The notes beneath the pieces are model-generated. The model searched no databases and was not told where the DNA came from. It was given only the letters and a program-made list of their open reading frames with translations. Positions 1 to 13,661 of a DNA stretch of 64,000 bases are shown one piece after another. Source of the DNA: Octopus sinensis (lineage: Eukaryota); contig NC_042997.1 of the NCBI RefSeq assembly GCF_006345805.1, positions 207,514,001-207,578,000 on the forward strand. Reading direction: 5' to 3'. The stretch's first letter is position 1; each line of letters begins with the position of its first letter. Position numbers and translations under genes: made by a program.

Positions 1-145
1 AACGTGGATGGCATCTGTGGAAAAGGGAAACCCTGGAAGACATGGGATGAAGTGGTGGGGACTGATCTCAGGTTTTTAGGCCTCATGGAGGAAATGACAA
101 TGGATCAAGATGTCTGGGCAATATGAGGCTTTTGAGAAGACCTAC
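1..145 (+). mobile_element. RTE-clade LINE ORF2 C-terminal fragment (degenerate)
   Basis: Translates to GICGKGKPWKTWDEVV..DL..LGL.EEMT.D, matching the C-terminus of the RTE copies at 16795-17331 and 37819-38295. Confidence 0.75.
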
Positions 146-799
146 CCATTTCATTGAATCTGTGTTCTAGAAGCTCTGTGTGTTCCACATGCAACAATAA
201 ATCTTTCCACACATCCTACCCCAACAAACAAAAGTACATCACTTTCTCCCATTTCCACTTCATGCATTAGGCTTATCTCTCACTCCTCAATCCCTTCCTC
301 ATGGCCCTACTCACTGACTCATTGCTATCCCATGGTACCCCACCCCTTCTATATACCCAGGTTTTCACCAGCCACTGCACTACTCTTGGCCCTTATGCTT
401 CTTTGCCAATACCCTGCCACTTATATTATGACCTCCATACCTTGAGGTTCTACCCTGGCACTTACCACCACCTATCACTCTCTCCCTTTACAATCCAATT
501 CATATTCTGATCCCTGCTCCTTGTGAGTAAGCCCTGGCACTTTGCTACCACCCCTCTCCTACTCTCACTTACCCTCTTGCTCTCTCCCACTCCCTTTTCC
601 TTTTGATCTTCCCTCAGGCTGGACAGCCATGTGTCTCCTCTACAGCGGTACACATGTTACTGTCTTCATTCTTGATCACTCTCTCTCTCTCTACCTCCCT
701 GGTAAATCATGAACCTCCCCCTACAACAGGATGTGGGTTTCTGCTCCTGTTTCTCCATCACACTCGAACCTAATGCCCCCTCCCCCTCTCAAAGGGTCT

Positions 800-1115
800 T
801 TGTCTTGCAATTTACTTGGTGACCCTGACAGTGCAGGTGCCACTTCAAAGTACCCAGTGCACTCTGTAAAGTGGTTGGCATTTGGAAAGGACATCCAGCT
901 GTAAAAAGCTTACAAAACTGACCTGACCTGAGCAAGTGCCACATAAAAAGCACTCAGTCCAATCTACTGGGTGGGTGTGTTAAGAAGGGCATCCAGTTGT
1001 AGAACTGTGCCAAAACAGACACAAAAGTCCGCTGCAGGCACCTACCTGGCCAGGTCCTGTCAAACCATGCAACCCATGACAGCATGGAAAGAGGAAGTTA
1101 AAAGATGATGATCAT
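800..1115 (+). mobile_element. RTE 3'UTR-derived / SINE-like repeat with (GAT)n tail
   Basis: gtggttggcatt..gaagggcatccagctgta and catg..agcatggaaa..gatgatg motifs shared with many copies in the window. Confidence 0.65.
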
Positions 1116-1177
1116 GACATACATATTCATACAATGTCAAAGCACTTGTGCAGCTGTCATGTGAAAAGCATGTGTGC

Positions 1178-3352
1178 CAGTACCATGTATAAAGTACCTC
1201 TTCTGGTACCATGTATAAAGCATCTTTATTGGTATCATGTATAAAGCACCTCTACTGGTACCATGTATAAAGCACCTCTACTGGTACCATGTATAAAGCA
1301 CCTCTATTGGTACCATGTATAAAGCACCTCTACTGGTACCATGTATAGAGCACCTCTATTGGTACCATGTATAAAGCACCTCTATTGGTACTATGTATAA
1401 AGCACCTCTATTGGTACCATGTATAAAGCACCTCTATTGGTACCATGTATAAAGCACCTCTACTGGTACCATGTATAAAGCACCTCTACTGGTACCATGT
1501 ATAAAGCACCTCTATTGGTACCATGTATAAAGCACCTCTACTGGTACCATGTATAAAGCACCTCTACTGGTACCATGTATAAAGCACCTCTATTGGTACC
1601 ATGTATAGAGCACCTCTATTGGTACCATGTATAAAGCACCTCTACTGGTACCATGTATAAAGCACCTCTATTGGTACTATGTATAAAGCACCACTACTGG
1701 TACAATGTATAAAGCACCTCTACTGGTACCATGTATAAAACACCTCTACTGGTACCATGTATAAAGCACCTCTATTGGTACCATGTATAAAGCACCTCTA
1801 CTGGTACCATGTATAGAGCACCTCTATTGGTACCATGTATAAAGCATCTCTACTGGTACCATGTATAAAGCACCTCTACTGGTACCATGTATAAAGCACC
1901 TCTATTGGTACTATGTATAAAGCACCACTACTGGTACAATGTATAAAGCACCTCTATTGGTACCATGTATAAAGCACCTCTATTGGTACTATGTATAAAA
2001 CACCTGTATTGGTACCATGTATAAAGCACCTCTATTGGTACCATGTATAAAGCACCTCTACTGGTACCATGTATAGAGCACCTCTATTGGTACCATGTAT
2101 AAAGCACCTCTATTGGTACCATGTATAAAGCACCTCTACTGGTACCATGTATAGAGCACCTCTATTGGTATGTATAGAGCACCTCTATTGGTACCATGTA
2201 TAAAGCACCTCTATTGGTACCATGTATAAAGCACCTCTACTGGTACCATGTATAAAGCACCTCTACTGGTACCATGTATAAAGCACCTCTATTGGTACCA
2301 TGTATAAAGCACCTCTACTGGTACCATGTATAAAGCACCTCTACTGGTACCATGTATAAAGCACCTCTATTGGTACCATGTATAGAGCACCTCTATTGGT
2401 ACCATGTATAAAGCACCTCTACTGGTACCATGTATAAAGCACCTCTATTGGTACTATGTATAAAGCACCACTACTGGTACAATGTATAAAGCACCTCTAC
2501 TGGTACCATGTATAAAACACCTCTACTGGTACCATGTATAAAGCACCTCTATTGGTACCATGTATAAAGCACCTCTACTGGTACCATGTATAGAGCACCT
2601 CTATTGGTACCATGTATAAAGCATCTCTACTGGTACCATGTATAAAGCACCTCTACTGGTACCATGTATAAAGCACCTCTATTGGTACTATGTATAAAGC
2701 ACCACTACTGGTACAATGTATAAAGCACCTCTATTGGTACCATGTATAAAGCACCTCTATTGGTACTATGTATAAAACACCTGTATTGGTACCATGTATA
2801 AAGCACCTCTATTGGTACCATGTATAAAGCACCTCTACTGGTACCATGTATAGAGCACCTCTATTGGTACCATGTATAAAGCATCTCTACTGGTACCATG
2901 TATAAAGCACCTCTACTGGTACCATGTATAAAGCACCTCTATTGGTACTATGTATAAAGCACCACTACTGGTACAATGTATAAAGCACCTCTATTGGTAC
3001 CATGTATAAAGCACCTCTATTGGTACTATGTATAAAACACCTGTATTGGTACCATGTATAAAGCACCTCTATTGGTACCATGTATAAAGCACCTCTACTG
3101 GTACCATGTATAGAGCACCTCTATTGGTACCATGTATAAAGCATCTCTACTGGTACCATGTATAAAGCACCTCTACTGGTACCATGTATAAAGCACCTCT
3201 ATTGGTACTATGTATAAAGCACCACTACTGGTACAATGTATAAAGCACCTCTATTGGTACCATGTATAAAGCACCTCTATTGGTACTATGTATAAAACAC
3301 CTCTATTGGTACCATGCATAAAGCACCTCTATTGTTACCATGTATAAAGCAC
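1178..3352. repeat. 26-bp tandem minisatellite (ggtaccatgtataaagcacctcta[c/t]t), about 83 units, with higher-order structure
   Basis: Unit visible directly; the diagnostic variant ccactactggtacaat recurs at 1691, 1925, 2468, 2702, 2962, 3222. Confidence 0.97.
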
Positions 3353-3479
3353 CAGTGTTGGTGCCACATAAAAACCACCGAGTGCTGTAAAGTGGTGGGC
3401 ATTAGGAAGGGCATCAAACCATAGAAACCATGCCAAAACAGACAATTGGAGTGTGCTCTTCTGTCTTATACACTGCATC

Positions 3480-4300
3480 TAATTCCTATTATGCCTACTT
3501 TCACTGCACATTCAAAGGTGAATGCTAGCCTCATTTCTCTCTAATCTTCACATGTCCTCCACATTGAGGGCCATGTCTTGCTACCATGTAGAATTGCTGT
3601 TCATATACATGCCTCATACAATCTTCCTTTCAATTGGGGAGAGAAACCTTTTGTTGCCAACAGAAGCAAAATCTCTCTGAATTTTCTCCATCCTTTCCTT
3701 ATTTTAATAATTACACTGTCCATGCATGCCCCCACTACTAATTCGGTCCCCTACATAGCAGAAACTATTGACTACCTCTAAAGCTTCCAAAGCATTTGGA
3801 AAAAAACGATTTCCACATTATCTGGAAGATTTTATGGCCCCTGTGCCTCTTCCACACACGAACACTACTTTCTCTGATACTCTTCCTATTATTCCATTGC
3901 ACCCCTTGTGTGTCCATAGCTGGCACTGGTTACACCATATGGAACTTGTGCTTGCACATTTCTTACACATCGAGCAGGGCCACTTACCTGAAGAGGGTAG
4001 GGTACTGTCTGTTTTCTTGTTTACTAAAACCTTAGTCTATGCTAAGTTAACCTTAAGGCCCTAAAATTTCAGCTTTTGCCTCCTCACCTGGAATTTCTTT
4101 TCTAGCTTTGGTATAAAATCTGTTTTGAGGGCAAATAGTAGTTCTGAGGGGGCTGCCAGTCTTGAATACCTCTCTTATGACGTGGAAGATAATAATGAAA
4201 TGTAGGGGACTGAGCCTTCATTAACACTTAAAATGTACACCATTTTCTTTGCTGTACTCATGGTTAACTGTCACCTTGCTAACAAAGCCCATCTACATGG
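3480..4300 (-). mobile_element. Highly degenerate RTE LINE fragments
   Basis: atcgagcagggccacttacctgaagag matches the WPCSIC region of the RTE at ~17570-17600; nearby sequence resembles RTE C-terminal codons. Confidence 0.55.
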
Positions 4301-5539
4301 TGGCCTGTACAGCTTTCACAAGTCTATCCCTAGCCTCCTCAGATCCCACCTTGCCACACAACAGAGTACTCAAAAGAAAGCTTCCTCTAGATCAACAAAT
4401 GCAAAGTATAATTCTTTAGTCTTAGCCAAGTATTTCTTTTGCAAATTCCATTGAAATATATGTACAAAGACAAATGTATAAAGAAGTGTCAATTGCTTAA
4501 AATTGTTGGAATCTGTGGAAGAGGGAGACTCGGGAAAATATGGGATGAATTAGTGAGGGTCAGTCTCAAGACTTTGAGCCTCACAGAGGTAATAACGATG
4601 GAATGAGAAGTCAGCTGATTGGAGGTTCTTGAGGATACCTCACTCTGACTTCAGAAAAACAGAGTTCTGGAAACGCAGTGCTACAATAGAGACAGGCACA
4701 CACATACAAAGACATCAACCCCAAACTGTAACTGCTGAAAGCCTACAAGCTGCCCTCTGAGAGGATCCTGCTTCTCCAGGGCTATAATTTACAGACCCAC
4801 TCTCATGCCATCTGATGTCATCACAAGGTATTACATGGATATGGCAGCCATGGTTGTCAAGGAAGGGTATACACAGGATATGCATTACCTCAGGGATACA
4901 GAAAATTCCATCCCATCTGGAGACTTTGCAACCTCTGGAATGATCCTATCTCCAAACATTGAACAGTGTATCTTCAACATGGACACACTTTATTTACAAG
5001 GAGCCTACAATTGCCAGATTTGCATCTGTGAAAGCCTGCATATTCTCCTCCAACCTACATTATCCATCATATTCCAATCATCAACAAGAAAACCTGTCTT
5101 ATTGTTGCAGCACAGATATGCCCTCCTGGTGAACTTCAAACCACTGGCTGCTGACAACCCAGATATACCACCTTTTTCCTGGCTGCCTCATAAGCAAGGG
5201 TAGGGTACTGAACCTCTGTTGCCCACACACACCACACAGTCATCCCTCCAAATATTCGAGCCTTATGTATTTTCTGCAATCATTCCTGACTCTCTTTATA
5301 TATACATATATGTGTGGTGTGTGAATATGCTTGTATGAAAGTATGTTATCATGCTTTACATGTATAAGCAATGTCAAACATTACACAATGCTGATCTCAG
5401 AAGGCATTCTTTCAGTGTTGAACTGTGATCTGTTTAGTGATTGATTGATTCCCAATTGTGTGTGTGTGCGTGCGTGTGTGTATGTTGTTGTGAGAGTTTT
5501 GTGTGTAAACAAAACAAAGTTTTTGGAAAATCAACAATG

Positions 5540-6720
5540 TGTGATCCTCAATAGGGAGGAGACATTCAAGGGTTGCTTATGGAAACACCCCAAAAAAAGT
5601 CCATGGCTACCCTGACTTTTGGGGCAGGTGCCTTTTTTGCAACTATAGGGATATGCTCAGGGCATGCTTATTCACTTGCATCATTCTCACCACTTTCATT
5701 CACCTTTTGGCAAACTGGCTAGATGACAACACTCCCCTCTCTACCCTTGTTTCCCTTTTCAAGTAAAACTTGAGGAAGTTGATTAGGGATTGACCAAACA
5801 GAAAAGTGTTTGTCTTCAGCCTCTTCAATCTCATCCACCATACAACCACATTTACCATGGCCACTAGGTATATAAAAACAGATTTTCCTTCCCAGTTAAA
5901 GGAAAGCGACAGGGCAATTTTCATGATGGATCAGTTGACAGCCAGATCTGTCCCACATGTGACAGTAGGTGTTCAACATAAACCCATAAGTCAGCAATGC
6001 TTGGGCACTGCGCAAATGAATGCAGGATCATCTTGTGGTCCTTGCACACATCTCATCTGACATACTCAACTGATGGCAATTCCGTGCCTGTAAATTTTAT
6101 CTCAAACAGGCAAAGCTCCCTGGTAGACTGCCAGGGCAGATATTTTGGGAAATTATCCATCGGTTGCAGCCTGAGAGTTCTCCAGAAAAGAGTGACTAGC
6201 TGATCTTCTTCAATGCCTGAGGTCTCCCCCAGAACGTTGTTGCAATTTTGCTCTACTAATCCTCTATAAAACGCTAAAGTAGATGTTCCACCCATCGCAG
6301 GGTCTGATTGGCTGAGGGTTGTGAGTACTTGAAGACATTCTGCTTTCCAAATGCTGCCCCTCGATCTCTGTTTTACCCAAGAATGCAGCTCCCTTAAAGA
6401 AACTAGCTGCAGAGATATGTATCTGGTGAATGGCGACCACACCTGTTCACCATCAAGGAAGTACCGGAAATGTCGTAGCCTCAGTGCATGTCTGTGCATC
6501 ATCAACCATGGTATGCCCAGGCCACCACACATCAGGTGTTGACAGTAGATAGACTGCCTGGCCATCGAGACATGTCCCTTCCACAAGAAATGGAAGAGTA
6601 TATGCTCCAGCATAATCAAACAGGAGCCAAGACAAGGCACAATGGTCAAGTGACAGCAGATGACAGATGCGATTTATGTGTTACCACCTCTGCCTGACCT
6701 TTCAGGGATAGATTTCTCTC
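5540..6720 (-). mobile_element. L1/Tx1-clade LINE ORF2 3' fragment (degenerate)
   Basis: ORF 6053-6649 (GGLGIPWL..HALRLRH..FYRGLVE..MDNF.K.L.WQ) is similar to 21170-21580; adjacent FNWEG.SVFI.LVAMV..VVWW.RLK segment. Confidence 0.7.
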
Positions 6721-6759
6721 TACCCATTTCTGGGTGAGAGTAGTCGTCCTGCTCATTAC

Positions 6760-9111
6760 CTTATCCCAATTTTGGTCCATCTGGAGTGACATCTGGAGCA
6801 AAGACAAGGAGCACAAGAAAAATGCTGAATAGTTGCAAGAACTCAAAAAAACAGTGGTCTGTGCAAAACAGGCAGAACTAGTCATTTCAGTTAGGGAAGT
6901 GAAGGAAATCAGCAAAAATATGTGCAACTGGAAGGCCCCAGGACCAGATGGAGTTCAAGGTTACTGGATCAAAAGATTTGGGGAATGTCACGCATGAATA
7001 GCTGCACAACTCAACACCTTGTTAAATGCTGACCAAATGACACCAGAGTGGTTGACATTGGGTAGGACAGAGCTGTGCTTAAAAAACATTGAAAAAGTCA
7101 CTACAGTAGACAATTACAGGCTGATATCCTGCTTGCCACTTATGCGGAAGTTCTTGACTGGAATACTCGCAGAGTCAATGTAAGAACGTCTGGAAAAAAA
7201 TGGAGTCCTCCCACATGAGCAGAAGGGTTGCAAGTATAAGTGCAGAAGTATCAAGGATCAACTCCTGATAGATAAAAATGTACTCAGAGACTGCAAGAGG
7301 AGGACAAGTAACTTAGCCATGTCATGGATCGACTATCGTAAGGCATATGTTATGATTCCACGTTCTTGGATTATGGAGTGTATGAGCCTATTTGGTAATG
7401 CATCAAGTGTTGAGCGATTGCTTGGTAAAAGTATGGCGAATTGGAGGACGGACCTGACAGTATACAGAAGAAGTTTAGGGACAGGAGAAATTAGGAGGGG
7501 CATCTTCCAAGGGGACTGTCTGTCCCCACTGATCTTTGTACTGTGCTTGATACCATTAACACTGATTCTGAGGAAAGCAAAGGCTGGGTGTGTATTCAAA
7601 AGCTGCCAACAAAAAGTCAACCATTTGTTATTCATGGATGACCCCAAACTTTTTGGTAAAGATGAATCCCAAGTCAGTTCCCTCTTTTCATATGGTATAT
7701 ACATTCAATGCTGATATCAGAATGGAGTTCGGACTGAGTAAGTGTGGTGTGTTAGTCTTGAAGAGAGGCAAAATCAAATGTATGGACGGACTAACGATAC
7801 CGTTGGGGGAGTTTGTGAAGCAGATAGAAGAGACAGGCTATAAAGTACTTGGGGATTTTGGAAAATGGATAAACTGATGGAGAAAGAAATGACAGAAACA
7901 TCTAAGGTGGAGTACTTGCACAGACTGAGACTGATCCTTAAGTCGAAATTAAGTGGACAATTAAGATCGAAGCTTTCACTCCTTAGATATGGAGCAGGGA
8001 TAATCGCATGGACAGTAGACGAACTAAACAGCTGAGATAGAAAGACAAGGAAGTTACTTACTAGATATGGGTCACTCCACCCAAAAAGTAACACAGACAG
8101 ACTGTATGTACCAAGAAAAAGAGGGGGAAGAGGACTTATTGGATGTGAGCACAGCATTAGAGCAGAAGAAAACAACATAGCATGGTATGTAAAAAAATGC
8201 CACAAAACCACAATTATTGGAAGTAAGAAGGTCAGGCTTGTGTAGGATGAAAGATGGCAAAGATAAAGCACTGTACAAGCAATTGAAAATAGGTGGGTAA
8301 AGAAAAGAATGCATGGACAATTTATCTTGAAGATAAGACAGACAGAGGAAAAAGATGGCTGTGGATGACTAAAAGTGATTTAAAACCAGAAACAGAGGCT
8401 CTAGTCTGTGCTGCCCAAGAACAAACTACATAAAATACAGAATAGACAACACAGCAGAAAATGATAAGTGTAGAATCTGAGGACAAAACTGTGAAACTGT
8501 ATGGTATATTACCAGCCAATGTATGCCACTAGCCCAGAAGGAATATAAGAGAAGCCATGACAATATAACCAGGTTTGTCCATTGGACATTTTGCAACAAG
8601 TATGGACTTGACAGAGCAAAAACTTGGTATGACCACAAACCTGAAGGCATCGGTGAAAATAGAAATGCAAAGATCCTGTGGGATTTTATGATTCAGTACA
8701 ACCATGAGATAGAGAATAGGAAGCAGGACATAGTCTTAATTCAGAAAGAAAACAATCTATACTGGATCATAGATATAGAATGCCCAGCTGACAACAAGAT
8801 ATATGATAAGGAAGAAAGAAAAGTCGAGAGATATGACAGGTTAGCTTGGGAAGTTAAGCAGTTGTGGTTGATGAAAAAGGTAACAGTAGTACCAATAATT
8901 GATGGAGCCCAGGGAAAAGTAAGTAAAAATCTTGAGAAGTACATGGAACAAATAGGGGCTGCAATAAGGAACACTTGCAGAAAATAGCAGTGCTTGGGAC
9001 CCCTTGAATACTCCGGATGGTACTCAAAAAACAAGAGGTTTTACCTTAGTTCACTGGTAGTGAACAGTTGATATTGTAGTATGTCTCCAGCGTTAGAAGC
9101 TGTTCAAAGGC
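6760..9111 (+). mobile_element. R4/Dong-clade (RLE endonuclease) non-LTR retrotransposon, 5'-truncated and pseudogenised
   Basis: [45 protein letters not shown] motifs; (R)HDNI..VHW and ILWDF..NR.QDIV..IIDI endonuclease motifs; ends in (TAA)n at ~9112. Confidence 0.9.
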
Positions 9112-9123
9112 AATAATAATAAC

Positions 9124-9164
<41 letters not shown>

Positions 9165-9166
<2 letters not shown>

Positions 9167-9670
9167 CACACACCAGAAAAGGTCACAGAAAACGAGAAAG
9201 CAACCATAATCTGAGATATTCCAATACACACAGATAGAGAAATTAAGGCCAACAGACCAGATATAGTTGTCAGAGATCATGAAGAAAAAAAATGCTTTCT
9301 AATTGATGTATCAATACCGGCAGATGACAATGTGTCTCTAAAAGAAATGGAGAAACTGTCAAAATACAAAGACCTGGAAATAGAGGTAACCAGAATGTGG
9401 AATCTAAAAGCAGAAACAATTCCTATCATAGTAGGTGCATTAGGCATAATAAAAAAAATATTCAGACAAATACATAACAAAAACACCAGGACTTACAAAC
9501 ACATATAACATACAGAAAATTGCACTACTAGGCACTGCACACATCCTACGCAGAACACTTTCAATACAGTGAAAATAAGAGCATCACAACAAATCACAGC
9601 ACATAGCCAAGGCACACAGAGCTGCGCTCGGTAGTGAAGTGAAAGCACGCTATAAAAATAAAACTACTGA
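9165..9670 (+). mobile_element. R4/Dong-clade 3' fragment (RLE domain plus 3'UTR)
   Basis: DIPIHTDREIKANRPDIVV..LIDVSIP..EKLSKYKDLEIEVTRMW..IPIIVGALG; (TAA)n on both sides. Confidence 0.85.
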
Positions 9671-9679
9671 ATAATAATA

Positions 9680-9731
<52 letters not shown>

Positions 9732-9774
9732 TGATGATGATGATGATGATAATAATAATAATAACAATAACAAC

Positions 9775-11400
9775 TGGCAACAAGAAAACAAGTCATCTGT
9801 TTTATGTGGATGACTTAAAACTTTATGGCAAAGACGATAATGAGCTTGAAGGACTACTACGTACTGTGAAAGCATTTAGTGATGACCTTGGGATGGAATC
9901 TGGTTTTGATAAATGTGCCAGGGTCACTTTCCAGAAAGGGAAACTGAAGACCTCACATTCAGTGGAGTTGGATGTTGACACAGTCATAAAAGAACTCAAG
10001 CAAGAAGAAACTTACAAATACCTCGGAATGAATGAGGGTTCTGGCATTCAGCATGCAAGAATGAAAGAGAAGGAATGGTAAAGGTGAGTTCAAGCAGTCC
10101 TAAAATCCGAGTTAAATGCACGTAACAAGGTGTTAGCAATAAATTCCTTAACAGTTCTGGTTGTTATTTACAGTTTCAATGTATTCAACTGGAATATGAG
10201 TGAAATAAGGAAGATTGACAGGAAAATCCTTGAGTTTCTGAGTTGCAAAAAGAGGCACCAACCAAAGGCAGATGCAGATCGTCTTTAGCTACCCAGAGCT
10301 CAAGGAGGTCGAGGCTTGGTTTGATTTGAAACCTCCTACAAAACCATCACAACTGGACTGGCCAAATATCTTGAAACATCTAATGAATGGATGCTAAATC
10401 TCATTGAAATTGGAAGTGCAACAACTGTAGCTGCAAAGAAGGTGAAACCAGTAGCAAAGCAAAATGCGCTTGGACAATTGGATGATGGGTGGGAAGAAAA
10501 TCCTCTGCATGGCAAATATGTGGCCCGTAGCAAACAAGCTGATGTAGACCAGAAGCACAGCCATCAGTGTCTAGGGAGCTCAGAGCTTAAAGGCAGAGAG
10601 AGAGAAGGCTTTATCTTGGCTACCCAAGATCAGAACTTATTGTCCTGGGACTGTCAAGCCAATGTGATGAAAAATGGAGCAGACCCAAAGTGCTGATACT
10701 GCAACAATGATATAGAAATAGTGGACCACCTACTCTCTGGATGTAAGGTTTTAGCACCTGTATAGTATAAATCAAGGTATTGCAGATAATGTGTTGGCAT
10801 TATAAAATGAAAAGTGCTGACAATGGTACAAGCACCACCCTGAGGCTGTTAGAGAGGGAGAAAATGTAACGATTCTTTGGGACTTCCCAGTATGTACAGA
10901 TGTGACCATCAAGGCAAATAAACCAGAAATTGTGTGAAGACCAAAACAATAAAGTCTGTTTATTGATTGACGTGAGCGTAATTTGTGTCTATGATGTCTC
11001 GGCAAAAGAATTTGATAAACTCAGAAAATATAAAGATCTGCTGATTGAAATCGAAAAGATGTGGCATCTCAAGATGGTTACAATACCAGTGACTGTAGGA
11101 GCACTTGGAATGATCAAAAAAGGAACTGAAAATTATTTAAGAACGATCCCTGGATTACCATCCAGGCAGGAAGTGCTAAAGATTGTCTTAACTGGTAACT
11201 GGTCACATGTATTGAGAATTTTCTTTCCTTTTCCCCTCTTTATTTTATTTGTTTACTTTCTATTTTCTTTTTCTTTTTTCTCTCTGTCTTCTCCTTTTTC
11301 TCTATCACATGAGTCTGTAGGCCATTTAATGGCCTACAGTCATTTCTCTGCCCTAGGTGCCAGGAAGACACCCAGCAAGAAATGGAAACAGAATTGAAAG
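9775..11400 (+). mobile_element. R4/Dong-clade fragment (RT end to 3'UTR), degenerate
   Basis: SHLFYVDDLKLYGK, YKYLG, LHGKY..EGFILATQDQ, LIDVSV..KYKDL.IEIEKMW; TAA-rich tail. Confidence 0.85.
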
Positions 11401-11449
11401 AAGATGCTAATGAAAATAATGATAATAATTGTAATAACAGTAATAATAG

Positions 11450-12050
11450 AGGAATGAGCAAGTGTCTGCACTGTGCTGCATCTGCAATAGTGTGGATGAA
11501 TCAACTGCTCATATCACAAATAAATGCTCTAGACTTGCCCCAAACCACTAAAAGTTGTGGCAACACAACCAGGTAGCAAAAGTACTACATTGGAAACTGT
11601 GCACAAAGTGGAGGCAAGACGTGGTATGAGCACAAACCACAAAGAGTGGTGGAGTCAGGGACTAGCAAAATCCTCTGGGATTTCCCAATCCAAACAGATC
11701 AGGTGTCAGAGCATAATGGACCAGGCCCAATGGTGGTCAACAAGATGCACCCCATGTGCTATACAGTTGACAGTGCATGCCCCTCTGACCCATGAATAGT
11801 CAACAAGGAAGACGAAAAAATAGATACATAGATACAACCCTCTTAAGTACGAAATAGCCCTGCTATGGTAAATGAAGAAGGTGAAGATAGTGCCAATTAT
11901 TGTTGGGTCCTTGGGGACAGTAGGATGGTTACAAAAGGAAAGGATTAGATAGAGGAAAAGAATGAATAGCATGGTACCGTAGGCTGCAGGTAGCAAGCCA
12001 ATGCATGCAAGACTCCAGGAATTCCAACAAAAACTGTGATAAAGAGAAAA
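11450..12050 (+). mobile_element. R4/Dong-clade 3' fragment, very degenerate
   Basis: ILWDFPIQTD and VPIIVGSLGTV remnants; (TAA)n tail at 12049. Confidence 0.6.
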
Positions 12051-12090
12051 TAATAATAATAATAATAATAATATTAATAATAATAATAAT

Positions 12091-12587
12091 AAGTGTTATC
12101 ATGTACATTGTTTTGTCTTGGTATAAAAGATGGGCTACAGCAAATATTCTGCTCAATACCACAGATTTGCTTGTCAGTTGTTTGACCATAACCAGTTGAG
12201 CATGTCCCTTGGTGGCTGACGATATGTGCATCTCTGATCACGAGCAGAAGTAGTGGGGGAGCATCATAGCCGTGTGTTGAGAAGGATTCTTGGGGTTTGA
12301 ATAATTCACCTCTGGAAACATGGGTGTTTCGTTCAACGTCCTTAAACAACCCTTATTCAGGACCTTTTGAGCGGGATGGGTTACTCGATCTGAAGAAAAT
12401 TCTAACTGGGCCCCACCTGCAAGGTCATGTGCTGTTTATCTTGATATGAGATCACCATGTCGCGCACATATGGTTGTGATGCATGTGCCTGGTGTACCCT
12501 TATCAGACGGGTAGTCATGATGGGTATATTGGGCTTCGTATATTTTACCCCAGTGTCACTTTGATGGCATGAACTGCTCGCTCACTC

Positions 12588-12588
<1 letters not shown>
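12091..12588 (+). mobile_element. Non-coding ~500-bp interspersed repeat embedded in (TAA)n (non-autonomous retroelement or LINE 3'UTR)
   Basis: Closely similar to 13662-14490; both copies lie between TAA-rich tracts. Confidence 0.7.
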
Positions 12589-12646
<58 letters not shown>

Positions 12647-12654
12647 TACTGATA

Positions 12655-12695
<41 letters not shown>

Positions 12696-12900
12696 AAGAT
12701 CAGTTTTTCAATTGCATGGTACCTCACCTGTTTTCCTTCCGAAAGGCCAGAAAGATTTCCACCAGGATTCAGATGTGGATGCAGCTTATATGAAAGAAAG
12801 GAAAGGTAGAACATGATAATAATTATAATGATGATGATGATAATGATAATAATTATAATGATAATGATAATGATAATAACAATAATGATAATAATAATAT

Positions 12901-13542
12901 TCTCTATATATATAAAAGGCAGTTTGTTTGTGTGTCTGTCTGTCTGTCTGTGTGTGAGTCTGGCAGGTTGTACCCTCACCCTGACCATGGCTTTCAACCG
13001 ATTCTGATGAAACTTGACACACTCATAGCCCAATGTCATAATTCAAAACTAACGCAGTGAAAATTTTGAAAAGTTCCCCCAGTTCTGAAAACAATTGATA
13101 AATTCGACATGGAGTCGAGAATCTAAGCTTATCATATACAACACATTTTCCGTTGTAGTTTTCGCAACTTGCAATCGATTTTCACCAAACTCATGTTGAA
13201 GCTTAATGTTACCCTAAGGAACTTAATTCTGACGTTAGTTTTCCATGCAATACCTTACCATCAGAAAAAATCGATAAAATCATGCCATTTTTGGAAATCG
13301 AGTTCAAATTCAAGATGACATATTTTTGACAATATCTTTAACAAATTGGCAGGAATTTTTTTTAAATTCACAGCGAGCATCATGTCTTCTCCAAGGAGCT
13401 ATATGGCCCTTTTGATTCCAATAGGATACGTTATTACTGGAAATGATAAGGTTGAGAAATGGTGTTATAGATTATACCTAACCGAAAACGATCACAGCCA
13501 CATCATCCAAACAGACCGGGTGAAACCGGGCTTAGCTGCTAG
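12901..13542 (+). mobile_element. Non-autonomous Helitron-like element
   Basis: 5' TC(tctatatatataaa) start, subterminal ccgg-gtgaaa-ccgg hairpin at 13516-13529, 3' CTAG at 13539-13542 followed by T; no TSD. Confidence 0.7.
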
Positions 13543-13556
13543 TAATAATAATAATG

Positions 13557-13640
<84 letters not shown>

Positions 13641-13661
13641 GCTTCTGATCTTAACTGATTG

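Noticed and set aside
1178-3352. CRISPR-like array
   Set aside because: Contiguous 26-bp units with no unique spacers, no cas genes, eukaryotic context
4740-5210. 132-aa ORF 4805-5203 as a host gene or next exon
   Set aside because: No recognisable motif and no convincing splice sites on either strand; probably old repeat debris
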